Of a stretch of DNA of 64,000 bases, positions 12,346 through 24,998 are shown piece by piece (within the stretch, counting starts at the first letter, position 1; each line of letters opens with the position of its first letter). The DNA comes from Callorhinchus milii. Taxonomy: Eukaryota. The notes beneath the pieces were generated by a model, which ran no database searches, was not told the DNA's origin, and worked only from the letters and a program-made list of their open reading frames with translations. The DNA is taken from the NCBI RefSeq assembly GCF_018977255.1, contig NW_024704743.1, forward strand, positions 14,448,001-14,512,000, read 5' to 3'. Position numbers and translations under genes: made by a program.

Positions 12346-14241
12346 ATGATTTTGATTGCTATATTAAATCAGGGGAAAGAAAAAGCACACCAACTGAAGC
12401 TCTCAGGTGAAACAATTATCAAAATTACCTTAACACCTGGATGACCAAAATCCTCCCGATTTAGAATTGAGAGTTCAACAACTACAACAACACTTTGCAC
12501 TTATAGAGTGCCCTTCATTCGGGGTAGTGTCCTGGAGTGCTTAAAATTCCCAGAGAGTTCCATGAACGCCACCTAGACATGGAAATTTGCTGTGTCTGGA
12601 ATGTAATGTTCAATCTCTCCCTCAAGGGAATGCCTCCTGCTTACCTAAATCTGTAGAATATTAGATACAAGTAGACAAGAGCCAAGGCTTGGAGACCCTA
12701 GAGCACACGTTGGCAGACTGCTGTAGTTTAACTCGATAAACAATTGGCTTCCAATGCTTATGTGAGATTTGTACTGGCAGAAGACTGCAATAGTGTAAAA
12801 AATTAAGGACAGTTCTTGGCCCACAGGAGGACACTGGGTCATTGCACTGTGCATGTTGCCAGTTCATGCCCTGCAGATACCACATGCAGTCAGAGTGCAT
12901 TATTTCACATCTGAAGACATTATTGCAGCATGTCCCTGTTGCCATAGCATCAGATTGCACTGTTTCAAACTGTGCACAACAGTTTTGTGTTGCATTGTGT
13001 GTTGCAATACAATCGTATATGATTGCAGTGTTCCTTAAATTGCTCCTTGTGGAAATTAATATAAGATGCGAGGCATAAATAATTTGTGATTCTTTTCAAC
13101 TTTTCGATGTGCGATGGAGCCTTGCCACAGTGGTAGAGTCCAAGAAACCCCAATATTAAAAGTCTTTGTTTTGGGTTAAAATCAATGTTTCAACAGCCAA
13201 AATTAAGAAAGAGATTAAATAAAGTAGTTGTGTTGTATTTTTGGCACCAGTATGACAGAGGATGGTTAGGAGGATTGCAGCCTATAATTACAGTTCCTTA
13301 TCTGTGAATACTTTTGAGATAATTCTATGCCATGAATAAGGTGGCTAATACCCTACAAGTATTATTATTACGTTTCTGAAGGCACCCATTCCCATTCTTC
13401 AACCCAGAGCGAGCACACTGAACATCGGTAGCCAGCACTACTCTACTCTTTGTCCTTGCATTTAATGCAGCATTTATCACAGCAAAACCTAGCAAAACAT
13501 TTTATTACAATACTCCTTGCAGTTGATATAGCACCTTATCACGTCAAAACACTTCACAGTAATTACTGTGTATTTGCAGGCAAACACAGCAGCTAATGTC
13601 CCACAAGCAGTCAGGAAGTGAATGATTAATTTCACAGGAGGATTTTTGGCCATGTAAGGAAAGGGTATAAGGAAGAATTGAAATTGAAGACTATAAGAAA
13701 GAAATAAAATAAATATGAACTACCCATTAGTGAACAAATGTTAACAAGGAGATAAACCATATGTGGCCAATTAAGGAGTTGTTTCTCCCTCTTGGAATGT
13801 TTTTCTTTTGCTTCAACAATGCTAATGAAGGGCAAATGGGCAGAATTTACTCTTTATGAGTGACAATGGTTCTGAATGATATAACACTCGGTGCTTAACA
13901 GTCTGGTCACAGCAAGATAACGAAAAGACTTTATTACTTCAGGTGTCAAAATAAGACAATTAAGTGTCGAGATGAACTTCTCACCCTCGGTATCTCAAAA
14001 CATAACCCTCCCAAAGTTCTGTAGGGTGAAGGCATGATAACCTATGGGTGTACCATTGGATGAACTAGTTTAGGAATATGATTGGATAATTGAACTGTGA
14101 ACTCTAATTGGGTAACTAACTTCCACTCTTTTGTCACAGTCATCAGGTGACCAAATGTTGGGGTATAAAAATATATGTTTAGGTAAACTTCGGTGAGAAA
14201 GATGCCTAAAAGTTGGCCAAGGGCAATGCCACCCTTCTCCC

Positions 14242-14806
14242 TAGGCATTTGTGACCAGTTTGAACAAGCCTCGGGAGCTAAGATCAACCGCCAGAAAACC
14301 GAGGTGAAGTATTTTGGAGACTGGAAAGAATGCAGTCTCATATCTTTTGCGGTGAAGCCAGACTACATCAAAGCCCTCGCATCTGGTTCGGGGCTTCTGG
14401 GGGGTGCCAAAAATGCTAGGAGGAGCGTCTCGGTATAGTGAGGAAGAAACTGGTGATGTGGCGCCAGCGCTCACTGCCTATCACCTAGAAAATTCTGGTG
14501 ATAAAGTGTGAGGCCCTCTCGGTGTTACTGTACGTGGCCCAGGTCTGGCCTTTGATCAGGAACAACGCAGTCACCAGAGCGGTCTTCCGAAAGCAGTAAG
14601 CAGGAGCGATTCTCCCGACTATGTTAAAGGGAGCATCCCAAAAAACGTGAACACAACCTATGTGTGGTGAAGGAATGTACCATAAACAATGTTTTTTGTA
14701 TTGGGAGAAAAGAAAAAAAATTGTAACAGAAGATGTTGTGTTCGTTTTGGATTTCTGTTGTACTTGATATTATATTTATAAATAAATATATATTTTCAAA
14801 AGAAAG
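14242..14806 (+). mobile_element. Tx1-like (L1 clade) LINE fragment, 5'-truncated and internally deleted, with 10-bp TSD
   Basis: 'ICDQFEQASGAKINRQKTEV..FGDW', 'KKLVMWRQRSL..LVIKCEALSVLLYVAQVWP..AVTRAVFR'; AT-rich 3' UTR, AATAAA and A-tail; CCCTTCTCCC at 14232-14241 and 14807-14816. Confidence 0.85.
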
Positions 14807-15225
14807 CCCTTCTCCCAGAGAAGGTAACCGATCATTAACTAACTATCTCTGAGTTAGTCGCTATTATATTACGCTACCTTAATAAAGATTTTGTCCTGAT
14901 TGTACTTGCCTCTTCTAAGATTGAGACTATTATTGTGGATTAATGAATAAATGATTGAGTGAACCATTACTGGCATGATCATTGTCTTACAAGTATCCTA
15001 AAGCCAGGACATTGGGTAAAACTCCTGTTCTGCATTCATATAGTGGCACTGCTCAAAGTCCCCAATGCAAGACATGAACACACAACATTCTGACCCAGAA
15101 GCAAGAGTGTCAGCGGCTGAGCCAGGCTGACATTGTTTTGAAGTGCAGTGACTGTTGTTATGCAGGCAAATATAGCTATACTTGGCAAGTCAAGGTTTTT
15201 AGACCGTCTTCCCTTTCTACATAAG

Positions 15226-15393
15226 AACAACAACAACAACAAGATTCCATTTATAGAGCGCCTTTCACGTCGGGAGGACGTCCCAAGGCGCTGTACAGTT
15301 GGGTCAGGACCCAAGCAGGGGGAAATGGTCAGGGTGAGGGGAGGGAAGGGAGGGAGCGAGGAGGGGATAGGGAGTTGAGAGGGGAGCTGAAGG
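15226..15393 (-). mobile_element. Young L2 3' end
   Basis: (CAA)n plus 3' UTR near-identical to 11952 and 27511. Confidence 0.92.
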
Positions 15394-16119
15394 CACAGTG
15401 TTAATACTACAAGGAAAGTGCAAAAACAAACACACTTCATATCAGGTTACATTTTGTTCACTGTATAGTGTCGGCACTCATTGCACGTTCTTTCCATAAC
15501 AAATACTAAACATGACAGCACTGCAGGCGGCTGTGTTGATGCATAGTTTAAAAAGACAAAATAAACTGCTGACTAATGTTGCACTGATGTGCTTGTGCTA
15601 CTAACAGCTACACAAATTGTGCACAGCAATTCACAGAACTCTGTTATAAAATTTGCTTATAGGAGTGTGGAATTTGACATTTATTACAAAAAAAAATTCA
15701 AAATGTTGGTATCAACTCCATTGCTTCACAACCCTAACTAGCAATGTCCAGGCCACCAGATCACCACTGATGTCACTTCCTGGATGAATGAGCAGTGCAC
15801 AGTGAACGGAAGTAACGTTGATGGCGATCTAATGCCCCGGATATCCACCATTTTGGCTTCCCCTGCACTGTCAGGTGTTTTAAAGCACCAATGAAGACTT
15901 TGAGACATCCTTCCCACATGAGACGCATTATATTAAATATAAATATCCTCCCTAACATGAAAGACATTATATTTATATCAATATATCAGCCTGCTGTGCT
16001 GTCCTACTATTATCAAAGTAGCAAAGCATTGTTTCTTATATTTATAATCCTTACATTTGATGTAGCTTCTTGTCATGTCATTGAGACGTCTCAAAGCACT
16101 TTACAGAATACATTGTAAA

Positions 16120-16580
16120 CAGCACAAAAATTACAATTGTATAGTGCCTTTCACGTCGGGAGGATGTCCCAAGGCGCTGGATAATCAGTGGTTCGGACCC
16201 GAGCTGGGATTCGGGATCAGGGAGGGTGGAGGGCAGGGGGGAAGGAGGGTGACTGAAGGCACGGCCGAAGAGGGTCTTGAGATGCGTCTTGAAGGAGGCA
16301 AGGGAGGGGGCGAGGTGGAGGAACTGTGGGATTGTGTTTCAGAGGGTGGGGGAGAGTGGCTGAAGGCCCATCTGCCAATGGTGGAGCGGGCGAGCCGGGG
16401 GACGTGAAGGAGGCTGGAGCCCGCTGAACGGAGGGATGGGCAGGTTGGTAGGGGGTTAGGAGATTGCAGAGATAGGGGGGAGCAAGGCCATGGAGGGATT
16501 TGAAAGTGAGGACCAGGATCTTGAACTGTATCCTCTGTGTGATGGGAAGCCAGTGGAGTCGGGTGAGGATAGGGGTGATA
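16120..16580 (-). mobile_element. L2 LINE 3' fragment
   Basis: Colinear with 8818-9439 and 42161-42620. Confidence 0.9.
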
Positions 16581-18339
16581 GCGTCAAGTGGATTGACTGT
16601 ATTTTGTGGGTGAAAGGTACCATATCACTTATATTGTGGGTGCAGAATCCTTATGTCTGGTGTCTGGCAGACATCTTGAAATACCCACATCAGCCTTGTA
16701 ATGATGGTCACCTCATTCCAACTTTATCGTGTTTCACTCTCTGTCTGTGACATTTATTACTAAAAAAGTCAGTTCAGAATCAACCATGGAGATAGTGGTA
16801 GCTAAATATTTGTTAGGTCAGAGTATTAAGGGATGTGGGGCAAGGGTGGGCAACTGGACTTGAAATATAGATCTTATAAAATGGTGAAACAGTCTCAAAG
16901 GGGCTGAATAGTCTACTTCTGTTTCTATGTCTATGTATCTATGTAATCTTGGGAGATCTAAAACTGGGAAAAACATCCATTTTAAGTCTGATTACTCACC
17001 CAGACTGACCGTAAGACAGGGATAATGCCAAACACCAAAGCCAATCTGATGCTATTTACAAACATTTTAACATACTTGCTCCATAACAGAATTAACAAAT
17101 TACTCATCAGGACTCATTGGGGCATCCTCCTGATTTGAAAGGTGCTACATAAATGTAATCTGTTGGTGGTGGTGGAATTCTCAATCCATTAGTTAATGGT
17201 TGGTGGTGGCCAATCTTTATGGTCGACCAACAAGATATATTTTCTTGATTGAATATTTCTTGATTTGTGCCATAAATCAAGAAATATTCAATCAAGAAAA
17301 ACCTGGAAACACACTACCGATCGAATACAGACTTAACTAACCCCAGGGCCGTAGTTTGGCCTGCACTGCTCTAGAACTACATTTCAAACTGCTTGTAATT
17401 TTTAAAAGGTTTTTAATATTTATTTCCTGGTTTTCTGCCTCGTGAATATTTTGCTTTAGTAATGAAAGCTGAATATTGGTTGTCATTGCCTCCGAACACT
17501 AGCTATTGTCCAGGTTGGATAATGATTTACTATGGTACGTGGGTGACTTGCTATAGAGGATCTCACACCTAAGATTTTCCCAGAATAAATAGTGTTAAAC
17601 AGAATAAATGTCATTGCTTACAAAAATAAAAAGGCTGCTTCCATCGAACACAAAAAGATGGCTCAGGAGGATAGACAAACTGATGTGGAGCTTTCGCTCT
17701 ATCTCGGGGACAGTCAACTTTAATGGGATGACTTGGTGGAGTTTCCCATCAATAGAAAGTGAATTACCTGCACACATACAGTGGATCCCCTTTATAATGC
17801 AGTTTGTAAAGAGATTATAATGAATGCAAGGCATGGAAATAGGCTATCCCGCCTTTAGGTCTTAAGTCATTGGTTACCCTCATTCCCCCCACCAGCTTGG
17901 TTACCCAGTGAACTGTGTAAAGCTCTTTGAGATGTCTTCCTTATGTGAAAAGAAAACATATATAAATGTAAATTGTTGGTCTGTTAAACTTTCAGGTGTT
18001 GATTCACAACAGGCTTTGGTCTCACTGATACTTAGATCGGTACTTGGAATCACACAGTTTAAGCTGATGCTCCAATGCAGAATTGTGGGTGTGTTGCATT
18101 GTCGGAAACCCTGTCTTTCAGATGAGATGTTAAACTTCATTCAGTTGAATGCTAAAGATCTCCCGAAGCCTATTCGATAATAGGAGGGAGTTTCTCAGTC
18201 TCTCCCAGTGTCCAATGATCACATTATTTCCTACAGATAGATGTGAAAGCAGGATTCCTGGATTTACTGATTTTAGAGATCCTGTTCTCTACAGCCTTCA
18301 GAGAAATGATACAGCAGTGTGTTCCTAAATAGCTAATCC

Positions 18340-18680
18340 TAGATAGGAGAACAATGACTCCCAAGATAGAAGGGTAAAGAAATATTACTTCCCTATTAAT
18401 TCCACTTCCACAGCTTTCTGCGTCACAGCATTCCACATCTTCACAATCCTATGTGGGATGAACTGCTTTCTGACTCCAGCTCTAAAAGTCTGGGCTCTGC
18501 TTTTAAGCCAATTCCCCAGTGTAATGGGTCCCTCTATGAAGGGGAAGAGTTGTCCATTACCTAACCTGTCCATTTACTTCACTGTTGTAACTACCTCAAT
18601 CAAATCACCCTATTCATCTTCTCTGCTCTGAAAATAACCTAGTCGACCCAATTTCTACCAAATCTCTCATCATACCTATT
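18340..18680 (-). mobile_element. Old CR1 3' fragment
   Basis: 'QLFPF..TLGNWLK..FRAGVRKQF..RIVKMWNA..KAVEV' is the CR1 C-terminus. Confidence 0.75.
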
Positions 18681-19177
18681 GACGTAACTAAATTGTCGGA
18701 TTTCATTAATCTCCAAGAGAATTTTAATGAGTTGGGCTCTTTCTACTTACCTGAATTGTACATTAAAACTTGTATAAGTCATATTGCTTTATAATTGCCT
18801 AACTTGTATATGAACCCAAGTCCCATTCAGTTACTATCAAAACTATTTAGATTTCTTTGCACTTGTCGTGTCAGTTATCCTCTCGTCACTCATAATACTG
18901 CTCTCCTACCCGCCATTACTCCCACAATTACCAGCTGCATTAAATTACAGGAAATGATGTCCTGATCCATTGACACATGAGCAGAAGGTCTTCACTACCT
19001 GCGATTCAATGTGATTTCAATGCTTCCCGATAAGTGTGCATGCAGGGTCAGGTCAAATCACATTGAATTGCAGGAAATGTAGTCTTGACCTGCTCACCTA
19101 CCAACTGCAGTGACGAAGTACTGCATGCGTACTTTCTGGTTGCATTCAATTCCGCATGCGCAGTGTAAACTATAGAC

Positions 19178-19543
19178 TAATAATATACTTGCATTCGATA
19201 TAGCGCCTTATCACGTCTTCGAGATGTCTCAAAGTGCTTCACAGTAAAATGAATTGACTGTATATTTTGTGGGTGAAATGCGGCAGCCAATTTGCACAGA
19301 GGTGTCTCACAAACAGTCATAGATTGAGTGACGAATTTATTATTTGTTTAAATTTCCTCCTTTTTTTGAAGGGATTTTTACCTCCAAAAAAGCGATCTGC
19401 CAATCGGGTTCCAACTTATTGCTAGGTAAACAGAGGTGTGTGGAGTAAGGAAACATGCCTAACGTTTCGCCCAACCCGGGAATCAAACCCAGGTCCTCTC
19501 GTTTGCGAGGCAAGTGCTCTAACCACTAAGCTACAGGACTCCA
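19178..19543 (-). mobile_element. Older subfamily of the tRNA(Ala)-headed Deu SINE
   Basis: Same head, with a longer middle (CTGTTTACCTAGCAATAAG..GCAGATCGCTTTT) and tail GAGACATCTCGAAGACGTGATAAGGCGCT. Confidence 0.9.
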
Positions 19544-21418
19544 TTAAATCAGATTTTACACTACTTACACAGTTTTCGTGCAACTCAGACTTCGTGTAAG
19601 TCATATTAAATGTCATGGTTCTGACTGATACGACTTATGTGAGTTTTACTGCACTTTTTTTTACTTCTAACTCTGCAACTTCACCACTGGTTATTAGAAC
19701 CCACTAATTTTACTATTTTTCTTTTTGATGTCCCTGTAGCAATAGCAACTTGCCATTGAGGTTAACAGAGTCTTCTCTGCTAAAACACCTCACCTACTGG
19801 CACTCCCACAGAGGCAGCAGCAGCAGGTATAGTGGCACGGCTACTCACAGGGGAGCAATCTGAGCCTGCGTGGCAGGTCAGACAGCTTTAATATTACATT
19901 TCCTCTTTCACCAGTGCAAGCCTGTGAATCTAATCTGTTTGAACAGATATTCACAGAAATGGCTATACCTGCACTCTGGAGACCTGATTAAATCAGCTTT
20001 GTTTTACCGTAGGGGGAAAAATAAATTATCTCCATCAATTTGACTTCCAGACTATTTGTGATGATAGATTGGGCCATTTATAAACCATGAAAGGTTGGAA
20101 CTGTGCAGCAGAGGGACAGGTACCTGAATGAGAAATACCGGTTAATATATTGGAGGAGAAAGGTTAACCTACCTTTTACATTTGGTGACTGACCTGCTGT
20201 ACTTTTCAAGGATTTCTGATGTTATTTCAGATTTCCAGCATTTTCAGTATTTTTATCTCTGTTTAAATACTTGATTTTAAACATTAAATAGAAAGGAACA
20301 CCATTTTGAATGTTTCCAAATATACAATCACTACACTTGAGGCGCTTAGAGATATCTCAATCATATAAGCCCTATAACAAATGCGAGGCTTTATTTTCTT
20401 CTGCTCTGTGAGGACAACAAGGGTGTCGATCATAACTTAACATTGGCATGACTTTGAGGAGCAGAAGATCACTGGGTGCAAAGATTTTTCCCACACAGCT
20501 CCTATTAACTCTGCACATCAAAGCCTTAATGAGTAAGGTGATCCTAGCTTAACAAGCAGCAGGAAGCTTGCCAGATATTGCTCTCAGTGGCAAGCTGTGC
20601 GTTTTAGCAGGTTAAATTCCAGTGGTACCCCAATGCACACTCTGGATCATTAAGCCTTGGCTTTTGCTACCCTGCACCTCAAACTCTCAGGAAATAGGTA
20701 AGCAGGGTGTGTCTTCCAGGGAGAGAATTCATACTCCATTCCAGACACAGGGAAATTTCCCTGTGTAGGTGACAAAGAATCATAGAATTATGCAGCACAG
20801 AAGGAGGTCACTCGGCCCATCATGTCTGTGCCGGTTCTTTGAAAAGAGCTATCCAAATCAATCCCACTCCCCCGCGCTCTCCCCCTAGCCCTGCAAACTT
20901 GTCCTCTTCAAATAATTATCTACTTCTCTCTTAAAAGTTATTATCGAATCGGCTTCAACTACCCTTTCAGACAACGCTTTCCAGATCTGAACAACTCGCT
21001 GTGTGAAATTATTTCTCCTCACCTCTTCTCTATTTCTTTTAACTATTTTAACTCAGTGTTCTTGGGTTACCGACCAATGGAAATAGTTTCTCCTTGTTTA
21101 CTCTATCGAATCCCCTCATAATTTTGAAAACTTCTATTAAGTCTCCTCTTAAGCCACTCTGCTCCAAGGAGAATACTCCTAGCTTCTCTAGTCTGACTTT
21201 TGTATTCTATGCCCTGATTTATAAAGCCGAGTATCTCAAATTCTTTTTTAACAGCTTTATCTAGCTGTCCTATCACCTTCAAAGATTTACTAATATGAAC
21301 CCCCAGGTCTCTCTGTTCCTTCACCCCCTTTAAGATTGTACCATCAGCTTACATTGCCTCTCCTCATTCTTCCTCCCAAAATGCATCACTTTGCATTTCT
21401 TCACATTAAACTTCATCT

Positions 21419-21738
21419 ATGATAATAATAATCCTTGCATTTGATATTGCGCTTTTCACATCTTTTAGACGTCTCAAAGGGCTTCACAGAATATGCTGCA
21501 AAGTGAATTGGCCGTATATTTGTGGGCGAAACGCGGCAGCCAATTGTGCACAGCAATGTCCCACAAACAGTCGTGGATTGAAAATGACCAATTTATTATT
21601 TATTTATTTTTTCTGGAGGGATTATTATGAGGCGTGTGGAGTAAGGAAACTTGCCCAAGGTTTTGTCCTGCCAGGAATTGAACCCAGGTATCACGCTTGC
21701 AAGGCAAATGCTTGAGCCACTGAGCTACAGGACTCCAC
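21419..21738 (-). mobile_element. tRNA(Ala)-headed Deu SINE inserted in CR1
   Basis: Full head and tail; CATCT flanks both ends (21414-21418, 21738-21742). Confidence 0.92.
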
Positions 21739-22159
21739 ATCTGCCACGTTTCTGCCCATTTTACCTGTCTGTAAAATTTTACCTGCGCTTCCTGCAGTCT
21801 GCTACTATCCTCCTCACCGGTTACTACTTCTCCTAGCTTTGCATCATCTGCAAACTTGGAAATTGTACTCCCTATATCCAAGTTCAGGTCATTTATGTGG
21901 ATCAAAAACAGCAGTGGTCCCAATACCGACCTCTGGGGGACACCACTGCACAATTCCCTCCCATCAAAAAAACAACTGTTCACTATTACTCTGCTTTCTG
22001 TCTCCCCTCCAGTTCTGTTTCCATGCTGCCGCTATCCCTTTAATACCGTGGGCTTCTATTTTGCTTACAAGTCTCTTGTGTGGCACTTTATCAAACGCCT
22101 TTTGAAAATCCATATAAACTACATCAACTGCACTATCTTCATCCATCCTCTTTGTTACT

Positions 22160-23306
22160 CCACAAATGGTTTTTCCTCCGGCCCCCGCACTGTCTCGTGC
22201 GGTGTCCCTCAAGGCTCTGTCCTCGGTCCCCTCCTCTTCACCCTCTATATGCTCCCCCTGTGGTGACATCATCCGCAGACATGGGGTTAACTTCCACATG
22301 TATGCGGATGACACCCAACTCTACCTTTCCTCCTCTACCCTCAACTCCACGACCACCGATGTCCTGATAGCCTGACTGTCCGACATCGAGTCCTGGACGA
22401 GAGATAACTTTCTCCAGCTCAATGTGCGCAAAACTGAGGCCCTCCTGACAGCATCAGCATCCAAGGCTGCACTCTCCACCTCTCAAAGCCAATCAGGAAC
22501 CTCGGGGTTCTGTTCGACCCTCAGCTGTCCTTTCTCCCTCATATCCGCACCACAACTGGCACCGCCTTCCATCAACTCCGGAATGTCGCCAGACTACGGC
22601 ACTACCTCACCCCTCACGCTGTTGAAACTCTGGTCCACGCCTTTATCACCTCAAGGCTGGACTATGGGAACTCTCTCCTCGCCGGCCTTCCTGGTACCTC
22701 CCTCCACAAGCTGCAGGTCATTCAGAACTCTGCAGCTCGTGTACTGTCCCGCACCAGGCTTCGGGACCACATCACTGCCACCCTCGCTCGCCTCCACTGG
22801 CTCCCCATCCCCCAGAGGATCGAATTCAAGATCCTCATCCTCACCTACAAGGCCATTCACGGCCTTGCACCCTCCTACCTCTCCGACCTACTATCCCCCT
22901 ACCTACCTGCCCGTACCCTCCGTTCCTCTGGCTCCGGTCTGCTCCAGATCACCCGCCCCAACCGCCCTACCATCGGTGGCCGGGCCTTCAGCCTCTCAGC
23001 CCCTAGGCTCTGGAACTCTATCCCCCAGTGCCTTTGCCGCCTCCTCCCTTTCCTCCTTCAAGGCCGGTCTCAAGACCTTTCTCTTTGACCGAGCCTTCAG
23101 CTCCTCTCTCGAATCTCTACCCCCTCCTCGCTCCCTCCCTTCCCTCCCCTCACCCTGACCATTTCCCCCCTCCTCGCTCCCTCCCTTCCCTCCCCTCACC
23201 CTGACCATTTCCCCCTTGCTCGGGTCCTGACCTAACTGTACAGCGCCTTGGGACGTCCTCCCGACGTGAAAGGCGCTCAATAAATGGAATCTTGTTGTTG
23301 TTGTTG
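22160..23306 (+). mobile_element. Young L2 (RT to 3' end) inserted in CR1
   Basis: '[21 protein letters not shown]', '[15 protein letters not shown]'; (TTG)n tail; TTGTTACT at 22152-22159 and 23304-23311. Confidence 0.95.
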
Positions 23307-24522
23307 TTACTTCATCAAAAAACTCTGTCAGGTTTGTTAGACACGATTTGAATTTAACGAATCCATTTTGGGTGTCCAATAAGTGATAATTAATTTTGTC
23401 CCGGATTATCGCCTCTATAAGTTTCCCCACAACTGATAGACTGACTGGGTTGTAGTTCCCGGGTTTATCCTTCTGCCTCTTTTTGTACAGGGGAGTAACA
23501 TTTGCAACCCTCCAGTCCTCTGGCACCAACCCGGTGTCCAAGGACGATTGAAAGATTGTGGTCAGAGCCTCCGTTATTTCCATCCTTACTTCCCTCAGTA
23601 ACCTCAAATGCATCCCATCCGGACCGGGTGATTTATCTACCTTGAGCTACAGCACTCTTGATTAGTTTAAGTTACTGTGGGAGCTATCTGTAATTCCTCG
23701 TCTTTTCTTTTAGGAAGGTAAGAACACAAGAATAGGAGGATACCATTCAGTCCATCAAGTGGCAGATTGCAAGGCTGGATTTGATCCACAAGTGCTTTAA
23801 TGCATGGGTTTTGGACTTTTACACCAGGGAGTCCTGTGGAGATTTGACACAGTGAGTCCAGGGTGTTGAGAGTGGAGGCGAAGGAAATCATGAGTAACTA
23901 AACAGATTGTTGAGGTCAAGAGAAGCAAGGACCAGAAAGAGAAGAGGTTAGAAGACTCAAATATGTTTGTAAGGGAGTGAAGCATCAAAACAGCTTAATG
24001 CTGAGATGGGAGGATAATAGAGTTGAGTGTTGTGGAAGGATGAGATCAATGAGCCAAAGGGCCTTCTTCATTTGAACCAATCTTGCGACCTTGTGAAATG
24101 CCAGATGAGGTGTAGGGAGGTGGAATTAAAAGGCTTTTCCACACTCTGTCTGGAATGCTGCCAGATGCGGTGGCCATCTAAGATGTCCCCTCTCTCTATG
24201 ATTACCAGCTGCCTTACTGGTTCTGAACTAACAATGATGATTTTATCTGTCAGCCTATTTTCCTGCAGGACTATAAGAGCCTGAAGTACATGCCTCTGTT
24301 AAACCTCAGAACTGGATGAGAGGGACACGAGTCATCAGACAAATATTGTAAATGACTGAGCACAGCATTGTGAAGCCATCAGTAAGAGGCCTGATCTATT
24401 ATTGAGAGAATCGAGCAGTGTTAGAATTCACTGCAGAGATGAAAAGATAATCCGAGGATGCTCGAAACCTGAAATATCAGTACCAATCACAACCAAGTTC
24501 AATGAAAAATTCTTCCCTGCAC

Positions 24523-24524
<2 letters not shown>

Positions 24525-24572
<48 letters not shown>

Positions 24573-24998
24573 TGTAATGATGCTTGGATTTGATATAACG
24601 CCTTTCACACCAGAGGACATCTCAAAGTGCTTCACAGGATTTTACTGTAACGTGTAGTCACTGGCATCTCATAGACGAATGCAGCAGTCAATTTGCACAC
24701 AGTCACACAAACAGTCGTGAAGGAGTGATCAATGTTATTTGGGAATTGTTGACCAGAACACCAGGAGAAACTCCCTTCACTTTTCAAATAATGCCATGGG
24801 ATCTTTAAACATCCACTTGAACATGCAGATGGGACGTTGGTTTAATGTGTCATCCAAAGAATGGCATCCCTAATAATGCAACACACCTCCAGCACTGCAT
24901 TGGAGTGTCAGCTTAGACTATGTACTCCCATGTGGGGCTTGAACCCACAGCCTTCCAATTCATAGGTGAAAGTGCTACTAACTGAGTTAGGCTGACAC
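24525..24998 (-). mobile_element. SacSINE1-like Deu SINE with (TAA)n microsatellite tail
   Basis: (TAA)n at ~24525-24570; head GTGTCAGCCTAACTCAGTTAGTAGCAC on the minus strand. Confidence 0.85.

Larger units (their letters stand above)
20776..23670 (-). mobile_element. CR1 LINE, RT region to 3' end, hosting a SINE and an L2
   Basis: 'SSLDTGLVPEDWRVANVTPLYKK', 'KSCLTNLTEFFDEV', '[16 protein letters not shown]', '[29 protein letters not shown]'; tail at 20776. Confidence 0.95.

Noticed and set aside
17608..17820. 70-aa ORF in unique sequence
   Set aside because: No homology recognised and no splice support.
19055..19074. ATCACATTG resembling the miR-23 5' end in the hairpin arm
   Set aside because: The match stops after 9 nt, and the 37-nt loop is atypical for a pre-miRNA.
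22424..23158. 244-aa Ser/Pro-rich ORF (also 27540-28214)
   Set aside because: Alternative frame of C-rich L2 ORF2.
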